A DNA stretch of 64,000 bases from Paramoeba atlantica (taxonomy: Eukaryota > Protista > Discosea): positions 1-64,000 of the forward strand of contig CDRNVI010000190.1 of NCBI GenBank assembly GCA_977017575.1, written 5' to 3'. Positions within the stretch are counted from its first letter, which is position 1. The number at the start of each line of letters is the position of its first letter. Shown piece after piece: positions 43,589 through 53,737 of this stretch. Both the position numbers and the translations under genes were made by a program. The notes under the pieces are model-generated. The model searched no databases. It was given only the letters and a program-made list of their open reading frames with translations, and was not told where the DNA came from.

Positions 43589-46500
43589 ATGCGATCGTGT
43601 TACTTGCTCGCTCTTTTTTCCCTCGTTTCTCTTGTTGCGGGAGATCCTGGTTCTGCCGCGATTGGGGCTGCAGAAAATATTTTTGAGGTCATCAATGGAC
43701 GAGGTCAGTTTGCAGAAATTCAAAGGATTATGTCAGAACAGGTTTGTGTTGTAGTTGCACCCCACAATTATTTGTGGTTTTTTCTTCTTTTTTCGTTCAC
43801 CAATTAATTTTTCTTTTTTTAGATTGTTTCCAACTTAAACATTGATGGAAATGTGGAAGCCGCTTCTGTTGGTTCCTCACTTGATGCTCTCATCCGCCCA
43901 CAAAGGGACGCTTTGTTTTCGATGCGAGATTGCATCGTCGCACAACAAACAGATACAAGGGGAGAGGACATCGCAACCGCCTCTTACCACGGGGTTTACA
44001 GTGATGAAGGTTGGGATCGAACCAAAGAAGAAAACGCGGTCGATTGTGCGTGTCTCGCTCCAGTCTGGAATCAATCCGTTACGGGAACCACAGTTTTACA
44101 AGCCTTTTTGGGTTCCAGTGGGTTCATTGAAGGATATTTTACGGATTTGGCATTGAATACAGCAGAGTCTTCGATTGGCGAAACCTCTGATGCTCGCACA
44201 AACCCGAATTTCGTTTCTTCAACAACTTTTCAAAAACAGGTCATCATCATGTTGGATTTCTCGAACCTTCCCGAGGAGGATGGGGTCGATTTTCTCGCTG
44301 CGATGAAACTTGGGAGTCATGCTGTGATTCAAGGTTTGTCGGATTTGGACTCCATTCAAGTCGTCACTTCGGTTCCTGGATTCGATAAGGGATTTGATTG
44401 TGGTGGAGAACAGCTTCTTCGTGGGACTGAGAGTAACAAGAAGGCCATCATGGATTACGTTGATACTCTGACCTCCCCTGGGCCAAATGATCCCTCTCAT
44501 CTTACTCCACTTGAAATCTTTTCGAATGCCTTCAACTTGACCCCGATTGCTGGATCTGCGCCCTCTTGTCAGCCATTATTTTTGTATGTTTCTGCCAATC
44601 AGTTCGCGAAAGGGAACGTGAGAGAAATTACGGTTTTGAAGAATTTGGTGCTAGGATCTTTACTTTTGCGATTCAGTCTGCAACCGATCCGGAAGGGTAC
44701 TTGGGAGGAGGTTCGATGTACAATCTGGCTTGTGAAAATGATGGATCGTGGTACAACGTTCAAAACGATGATGATATGCCAAACAAAATGATTCAGTATC
44801 AAATGCTTGTTCAACGTTCACGTACAATCACTGAGCCAACTTGGCGGGTGAATCTCCCTTCTTATGGAGGGTTGCACGGTCTTGTGATTTCGGGTGCATT
44901 ACCTGTTTTTCTTCCATCTGAAAAAACAGTCAAAAGTACTTTGGTTGGTGTTGTTGTGGTTGAATTTACTTTTGCTGATATCCAAGAATACCTTTTGTCT
45001 CTGAAGGTCGGTTTATCTTTTGCGTTTTTGACGACTTGGAATGCTGACTTGTTGATCCACCCAATTTATCGTGACCCAGAAGTTGTTTCAAATCTTCCAC
45101 TTTATTATGATGTTACCCATGTCGAAAGTTCTGAGAACTTTGTGAACGAGGTTCGCGGGCTTCTTGTGAGCCAGAGATCTGGAGAAAAGTCAGTGCTTGT
45201 AGATCGACCACTTCCAAGAGGAGACACTGGAACAGTGGGTTACTCAACAACATCAGTGAACACTACCTTTTTCTGGTCCCAATTACAATCTCTTCCATTT
45301 ACAGTGGTTCTTGCTTTCACAGAGTCACGATTACGTTCTCCTTTCTTTACTGCAAACGACGAAACTGATCCTGTCATGACAACGAAAATCGGTCGTCTCT
45401 TGGATCAACCTGATGTTTTTGATTACGTTCCTGATGACTACTTTGATTATTTGACAGATCATCCAGGCCGTGTTCAATTTAACTATGGATATGTTCATTG
45501 CAGGGACACAGTTAGGAGTTATGACAACATATTAGCAAAGGCAGCTCTTTCTGAAATGTCTGGAGGAGTTTTAAATGACAACAATATTTTGGAACAACCT
45601 GATACAATTCGAGCGATCCAAACCTATTTGAACAATTTCAACAGACCCTTTAACGAGAATCCGGGTTTCCTTGCAGATTTCAGATCGAACTCTCGAATTG
45701 GTAGTCAATTTTTCAAGAAATGGCGAGAGGATAGTGCGTTGGGTAATGATGTTGATGGTATGTTTCGGTTTGCTGGATTTTATACGGATAGTTCCGTGAC
45801 TTTTCCTGGTCTTGTGTATCTTCCTTCGACTCTGTTTTCCTTTATTTCACAACGACCTTGGTATCAAAAGGCGGAAAGTAATCCTCGTGTGACTGCCATT
45901 TCGAGTCCCTATTCCGATCTTAACCATGGACATAAAGTTTCGACTGTCTCTCAAGCAATCCTTGAAGATCCTAATGTACCATTGGAGGACATTTTTATTT
46001 TTGGTGTGATTGGTGTTGATTTCCCTTACCCAGCTCTCCATCAAGGATTCGTTGATGCCACTGGTTGTGCTTATGATTGGGAACAGGCAATGAATGATGG
46101 TACTCCGATGTGTTACTTAATGGATAATTCTGGCTTTCTAGTTATTACACCTGACTTTTTAGCCCCCGGTTTTAATACCTATGATAAAACCAATAGTGAT
46201 ACTCTTCCAGTGGGAGTTGCTGAACCTTATTTGACTCTCGACTTATTATCCAAAGGAATTATGACTCGTAATGTCTTTACCAATTTCCGTGGAGAAACAA
46301 CAACACTGATTTACGATGATGAGGGGAATGTTGAGGGAGTCAATATCTCTCCAATCGATATTCCACAAACAGTTCCACAATTTGAAGTGAATGAAACCGC
46401 CCTCGAGGAAGCTGGTGGTTTCGTTTCAGGAATTCTCGAGAAAGTGGACGGTTATTGTACTTCTGGAACATACACCATCACAAAAGTTACCGGAACAAAT

Positions 46501-47586
46501 TCCTTTTTGATCTATGTTGAAGATTATTCCTTGGATAACAACGAGGATTGTCGAGTTTTTGACTTGGATTCAACCGAAAACATTACGTTTGGGATTTGTG
46601 AGGAAGCAGGATATAATTATTCCCAGTTTTACCCAGTTTGTCCAAATTCTGATGAAAGACAAAGCACAACTGAGAGGAACCGACCAGAGGATGCTCAATG
46701 CGATTTGGTGCCTCCAAAAGAGGCAGATTTTGTTGCTTGGGGAGATCCAGCTGCGATTGCGATGGTGACTGTGGCTTCTGTGTTGATATTTGTGACTTTG
46801 ATTATGTGGGGAATTATTCTAAAGTACCGTGGTACCCCTGTGATTATGATGGCCTCCCCTGTCTTTGTTTATCTTCAGTTTTTTGGTTTTATTTTGGGTT
46901 ATTTTAATATTTACTTGTGGACTGGAGAACCAACTGATGTGCAGTGTGGTTTGCGGCCTTGGATAGCTTCAATTGCTTTTGTTTTAATTGTTGGACCCAT
47001 GTTTGCTAAAACATATCGTATTTGGAAACTCTTCTCTGGAAAAGGATTCTTTGCAAAGAAGATCTCTGACACCACTGTCTTATTTTATGTTGGTTTGATG
47101 TTGGTCGTTCCATTGATTATTTGTATTATTTGGAGTGCCTATGAGATGCCTGAGCCAACGTACAATGATGACGATTTCGATGATGATAAGAGAACTTATC
47201 GATGTGATGGTGATAATTGCCGAATTTTCGAAGGTATTATGATTGGTTATTGTGGTTGTTTATTGGCATTGGGGTCTTTCTTTGCTTTCCGTTCTCGAAA
47301 AGGATCTTCTTATTTTAATGAAGCGAGATTCATTGGTGTTTCCATCTATATGATCTCTTTTTGTGGGGTTGTTGGTGTCGTTCTGACATATGTCCTTCTC
47401 GGCCTTCCGATTGCGTACTATCTCGTGTTTTGTGTTTCTGTGATGTTTGCGATTTTCTTCACAACTCTGGTTGTTTATTACCCCAAAATCAGAGTTTGTC
47501 TTTTCAAACCAGCAAAAAATGTCTACAAGAGTTCTACTCGAAATGGGAGTACAAATACACCAACCGCAAGTATGATGGACGCTTGA
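43589..47586 (+). CDS. Class C GPCR with alpha2delta/CACHD1-like ectodomain (VWA + two dCache); intron 43742-43822; one-base frameshift at ~44609-44614
   Basis: Signal peptide MRSCYLLALFSLVSLVAG. VWA KQVIIMLDFS...CQPLFLYV...RIFTFAI. Cache motifs GLVISGALPVF..LVGVVVVE, FAFLTTWNADLLIHP and QRPWY..SSPYSD..GVIGVD. 7TM motifs PVIMMASPVF, CGLRPW, FAKTYRIWKLF and FNEARFIGVSIY. Confidence 0.85.
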
Positions 47587-47740
47587 TGAACTGTTACCTA
47601 ACCTTTCTCCATTTGTAAATAAACAGTCTCAGATGGTAGTCCCATTTGAGTTCTTTTTCTGGAAATCTGTTTTTATTTTTCTTAAATTGACAGTAACCTT
47701 TTTCAACTTACGGATGAGAATGGGGTCATCAATCATGGGG

Positions 47741-47837
47741 GTGATTTTTCTTGGATTTTTCTTTTTGAATTCTGACTAATTTGTTCCAAGAGGAAATTCT
47801 TTCTTGACCAGTCGAACTTTTCTGACCAAACTTTTCT
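47741..47837. repeat. 97-bp direct repeat, copy 1 (partner at 53547-53643)
   Basis: Manual alignment shows 4 mismatches in 97 bp. Confidence 0.95.
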
Positions 47838-48220
47838 CAACTCAGACCAGCATTGCTCTCAATAAAAGGGAAAGCAATTGTCTCCAGAGTCGTGAATCTC
47901 ATTCGAAAAACACTCTCTCCAAATAAAGCAGTTAGGACCTCGAAACGCGGTTCAAAAAAATTAAAATCTTCTTTCTCAAAAATGTATGAGAAACACTCCA
48001 CTTTCCAAAGGGACCATTTAAAAGGTCCCTTTAAGGCCGGCGGCACCAAGTTTTGTCACGATGTAATTCCTAAAAGGGAGTGTTTTTTTTCGAAAATCGG
48101 GTTTCAAAAAATATCGTGTTTCACGCAGAAAAAAAAAATCCCAATTTTCCAAATTTTTGGGACTGATCGATATTTGGGCCAATCAACTTATCTCGATTTT
48201 TTTTTGGTGGAGTTGGAAGG

Positions 48221-49746
48221 ATGTGGTTTTCACGGTGGCGTTTGGCGATTTCCATTGCCGCGCTGTTATTAATTTTTGGCTTTGTGGGTGTCGTTGAGAG
48301 CGGGACGGTTGTAATCGATGAAATTCTCCCTTATTGTATTGATGAGACAGGAGCAAGTTCGATTTTCCACCTGTTTTTGTGTTTTTTTTTTGACTTTTTT
48401 TTGACTTTTTTTGGGTTCCAGAAAGAAGAGATGATGAGTGGCTTTCTTGGAAAACTGGCAAGAAAAGAGATTTTCTTCTTTCAAACCCAATCGAAACAAG
48501 TTTGAGTTTCTTCGATTTTTTTGAATCAATTCCTTTTCTGAAAATCTTTAACAAAAAAGGTTCACCAAATTTTGAAAGTGTTTCCTTCTCGGAAGAAGAG
48601 TACGGAGAATTAGGATATGCATCAACAGCATCAGCTGGTGAGTCTTTTTTGTTTGAGTTTTGATTGAGTTTTTTGTTCATTTTGTGTTCTGGTTTTAGGT
48701 GCTTACAAAGTTGGGTTGGCACGTGAGGTTTCGGTTGCTTTTTCAGAATCAGGTCATTTTTTTTTATTATTTTTTTTTTCAACGTTTTTTTTTGACCAAT
48801 CGAATTTCAAAACAGGAATTGCAAAAGTCGAATGTCCAGAGACAACAAGCTCTATGAGATTAAAAATGGCTGGTCCTTTAACCGGTTCTCAAACCTTTTG
48901 GGTTATGAGCGATTTGAATGGTTCCAACATTTTTTTTTTTTTGAAAGAGAAAGAAGATTTATGCAGAAACAATCAACAAAGAAATGGATAATCTCTTAAA
49001 TGGGACACCATTGAGACACCATTGAGAACACTTTTTTGACTGTTTTCTCTCTTTTGTAGATGGGAACGAGGAGGTCTTGGGGCCTTTTTCTGGTGATTAT
49101 CTGAATTCTAAGGGCGGTTTTATTCGCTCAGTTCCAGGTATTGATATCGAAAAATTCTTTTTTCTTTCATTTATTTTCCTTCACCATTTTTCTCACACAT
49201 TCTTATTTTTTAAAGGTTACAAAGCAACTGTTCACGTTGAAGATGAATCTGGGATTTCGGAAGTGGGAGATCTGAAAGTTGCTTCGGTTTCTTGTCGATT
49301 TCCGGATCCAAAGATTGTTGAGCGAGTTGCTGAAGTAAAGAGAAGAGGATTGCGTCGTGAGTGGGAAGAGATAAGGGGCGATAACAAAGCTATTTTATCA
49401 AAGAGGGACTTTTGTGACTGGAATGAAGCATGTACAGTTAATGCAAACTGTTTTGAAGATTCTGATTTTCCTTTTGATCGAGTGATCTCTGAAGGTGCAA
49501 TTGCTCAAATGGTCTTCTTTTTTTCTCTTGTTTTTCTTAGATATTTTATTAATCAACTCTTTTAATACAGTTGTATGAGAGAACTACAGGATCTTATATT
49601 TGTACTGGCAGTCTCATTGGAGATGCTCTAAGTTCAATTTTATATTTACTCCTCTTATCCTTTCTTTTTTCTAATTTTTTTTTTCCTTAAGGAACTGCGG
49701 ATTCTCGGTTGTTTATCACTGCAAATCATTGTCTCAACACCGATGT

Positions 49747-49779
<33 letters not shown>

Positions 49780-52700
49780 CTAAACTTTTTTACTCCAGGC
49801 TGAGGCTGACTCTCTTGAACTTCATTTTAATTATTCTGTTGAATGTGGAGCAGATTGTTACCCGGTTTTGCTTTTCAATCTTTTTTTTTCTTCTTTCCAT
49901 TGAGCTCATGAACCTTTCTTTTTTTTTTTGAATTTTTTCAGACTGAAGGTGATATATACAAGCCTTTCAATGACCCTTATGCTTTGTATGTTGCTGGAGC
50001 AGATCTTCTTGTTTGTTTTCATAACCCTCTCTCTTTCTCTCTGATTCTCATTTTTAAACAATCACTAATTAGGCAACTGGAACCTATGCTGATTATACCT
50101 TAATGGAACTTGATGTGATTTTTCCCCTTTTATCTCTTTTTTTCATCCTTTTTTCTGAGACTCATAACTGTAGGACATTCCCGAGTATAGATGTTATTAT
50201 GGTTGGACAAGTGATGAAGATTATGCGGAGCACTACAACGAAGTGGTTTATCGATTCTCTCATCCCAAGGGATCTCCAAGGGTTAAAACTTCATTTTTTT
50301 ATAATGTTTTTTTATTTATTTATTCAATAATCTTTCCTTTCTCCATCAGATTTTTTCGAATCAATCAATTCTATACAATGTTGATTTCTATTGTTCCTCT
50401 CTTCCTCGACCCCGATTCATCTATTCGGAGCAAATTACCACAGTGGAGGGCGATTCAACAATGGGTCTGTTTCTTCTTCTCTCTCTTTCTTCTTTCTTTT
50501 TCTTTCTTTTTCTTTTTTCCTCTCAGATTCTGAGAAAAAATCAACAGATGGAGGGAGCTCAGGGTCAGGGTTATTTAATGTTGATAACCAGTTAGTTGGA
50601 ACTCTTTATGGGACTTGCGGTTATCGAAATGCTGATCTTTGTGACTTTTCCCAGTATAATCTTATTGGTATTTCTCTCTTTCTCTCCTTCTCTTTTTTAT
50701 TTCCCTCCTTTTCTAAAAAGTGGTTCAAAAAAATAGATGGATCATTTTATTATGCATACGAAGCTGATGTCGAAGATGTTCTGAACCCCACCCCATCTCC
50801 CATTGTCCCATGTGGGCCTGTGAAGGTTTGGGAATTGGACTTCAATACATATCCTGATGGCTCCTCAGTGCCCAATGGACTTATAAGTGGCTTGCCCAGT
50901 GCATGGGGCACAAGCTCCTACGGGAATTTGTATATCAGCACGGCTAACGAAGAGACAGCAACGGATTATTGCTATGGTCGCTATTACGATTGGAGAATTT
51001 GCCATCCCCCTCAAATCTTTGACAGCGCCGTCCCAACTTATGATCGAGATCTTGGGACCCCGAATCAGCAATTTGGTGGACCAGGAAAAGGTTCAGGAGG
51101 AAGTGCCCCTCCGGGAGAGAATAGGTATGCCAAAGGGAACCTTATCATTATTTCTGAGCACAACAACGTAAATCAACCTGATGATGAGGCTAATGGCGGA
51201 GATGTTTGGTTTCGCTGGGGTATTGATGTCCCACTCGCTTATGTTGAGATTATCGATATTGATCTGAATGAAGTGGATGGTTACCTTGAAATTTATGACG
51301 AACATGATAATGTGGTGTTGTGGCAACAACTTTTGGCTTTTGGAGAAAATTGCTACTTTCGCGGTGATTTTCCCGCTGGGACTTGGGGTCGGTCTATGAA
51401 AATTCATTTCCCTGGCAGTGGAGGTCGATTTTTTTTTTTGAAATGAGTTTTAAAAAATAATTCTCTAACTTGTTTTTATCCTTTTCTAGGAATTGCATCT
51501 GTGGGTTATTGTTCTGACGCCACTGCTCAAAACGCTATTGGAGACTTAGTGTGGCTTGATCTGAACAGGAATGGATTGCAGGATGGTTATGAGTGGGGTG
51601 TTGGAGGTGAGGGATTTTTTTGAGGCTTTGTTTTTTATTTTTACTTTTATTTTTTTTTTAAAATCCCTTGTCAGGCGTGACTGTGACCTTGCATCAGCAA
51701 GGTTCTACTGGAACAAGTCAAAGACTCGGGCAACAGGAAACAGATCAATACGGAAAATACTATTTTGGCAGTCTACCAGATGCCTCTTATCAAGTGGCGT
51801 TTATTGTTCCCTCAACCGTCCTTCCCAGCGATTTTTCGTTTACAACTGAAGGTGAATCTCCAAATGATGAGAACAGCGATGCTGGCCCAGTTTCCTACCC
51901 TTCACCTTCTATTAGAGGTAACATTTTCTTTCTTTCTCTTGAGTTTGGTGAATTATTTTCCTCACTTTACTTCTTAAAGGTGTTACTGATGGAATCAGTG
52001 TTTCTGGAGGAGAGGAGGACTTGACTTGGGATGCTGGATTGGAACTTGATGCTGCTGTGGACTGTGTGTACACCCCTGCCTACCTTGCCGCACACCCAGA
52101 AATTTGGCCCATTGATGAAATTTTTATTGGCCAAACTTCTTATGACTCATCCGAAATCTCTTCTTATCTCTCCACAACTAGCACAGATGAGACAGATCAA
52201 CTGAAAAAATACTACTTTGCTTCCCTCTTGAGTGTGTCGACTGGTGCGAATGACGAGGAAGCTCGGACAGCGCTTGATGATTCACATGATACATTAAATG
52301 GCTCACCTACCCCAACACCTACCCCAGACCTCACCAACAGCTTACATGATTTCACGGATGGGTATTATGAATACCCAGACAATTGTATTGATCCATTTTC
52401 TTTTGAGTGTGATTGTGCAAGATCCTTTGATACAACTTGTGTTGATGGAATCGAGGTTTCCATAACAGAATTGACCGAAACAGAAATTGTTTACTCAATC
52501 TGTGCAGATGAAAATAATGCTGCTTGCGAAGCTACTAAAGATCTCAGCCACTTTGACTTTTCACTTGTACAAGATCCTGCCTGTGTAGTTATGGGGGAGA
52601 GCTATACTTCTTTGTTCGGGGAGACGTGCCTTTCCACATATCCGGTGGGATCACCCCCTCCCCCTTGGTCAGATTGTTCTTCTGCTCAAAGTTGTGAAAT

Positions 52701-53274
52701 TAAGCCAGGAGGTGACCCTTCATGTAAGGATTTCGATACGGGTCCTGTAGTAAAATGCAACCAAGAGCTCGATATTGGCAAATGCAGGTTGGCTCACTTA
52801 ACGTTCCCTGAGTCTTGGGAAATTGGACCTACCTTTTTCGTTTCAAAGGATCAAAACTGTATCCCTGGATGCATTCTTGGACCTGCTTGTCAATCTTGCC
52901 AAACTGATTACTTTCTCAATTGTTCACACACTGATGGAATTGAGACAACAGTCGCTCGACCGTCGACTCTCAATTTTGAAGGCTGTGATGTGACGACGAC
53001 AGTGGAGACAGGAGACACCTCCACAGACTATTATCAAGTTCTGATTGATAATGGTGGAACGAAATGCGCCTCCGATTTGAATAAGTGTGGGGAATTTTTG
53101 GTGGGTTGTGGTTCTTTTGGGAATGATCTTCGAGGGATCATTTTTGAGCAAGTCATCACTGAGTGGCTTATGACTGTTAAAGTGAAGTGTCATTGTACCG
53201 AATTTGAGTCCACTGATTCGCAATATGATATTGATATTGATCCTACTATTTGTCCTGCCTTTACTCCTTCTTAA
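48221..53274 (+). CDS. Secreted trypsin-fold serine protease (lysyl-endopeptidase/Arg-C-like) fused to bacterial-type beta domain, SdrD B-like repeat and Cys-rich C-terminus; many exons
   Basis: Signal peptide. CTGSLI, LFITANHC (His ~49727), DYTLMEL (Asp ~50091), FSHPKG and TDGGSSGSGLF (Ser ~50559). SdrD B reads [29 protein letters not shown]...TDQYGKYYF...TWDAGL. Confidence 0.8.
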
Positions 53275-53546
53275 ATTAATTTGGTTTCTTCTTTTTTTAT
53301 TAAAAAATAAAATAAATCTTTTCAAAATGCAACCTCAAGTACAAACAAACAACCCCCTCGAAAGCCTTTTGTAAACATTAAAAACTCTTTTTCTGGAAAA
53401 AGAGTTTTTTATTTTTCCAAAATTTGAAAAGAACCCACAAGAAAATGAAGAAATTGTTCAAACCCGTCCGACAATCCTTTTCTTCTTTCTTCGTTCTCTT
53501 GTTCTTTTTCGAGGAAAAAAGTTGCGGATGAGGATGAGGTCATGGG

Positions 53547-53643
53547 GTGATTTTTCTTGGATTTTTCTTTTTGAATTCTGACTGATTTGTTCCAAGAGAA
53601 AATTCTTTCGAGACCAGTCGAACTTTTCTGACCAAACTTTTCT
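53547..53643. repeat. 97-bp direct repeat, copy 2
   Basis: Matches 47741-47837 with 4 substitutions. Confidence 0.95.
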
Positions 53644-53737
53644 GCTTTTTGTCCCTCTTTTCGTCCTTTCGTCCTTTCTCTTTTCGTCTCTCCTCTTTTC
53701 ATTTCGTGACAAGAACATTGTTCGGATTTGGAGCTCA

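Noticed and set aside
31795-44620. Programmed ribosomal frameshifting in the STAT and GPCR genes
   Set aside because: Neither has a canonical slippery heptamer in frame. Both breaks are single missing bases in short homopolymers, the typical long-read error.
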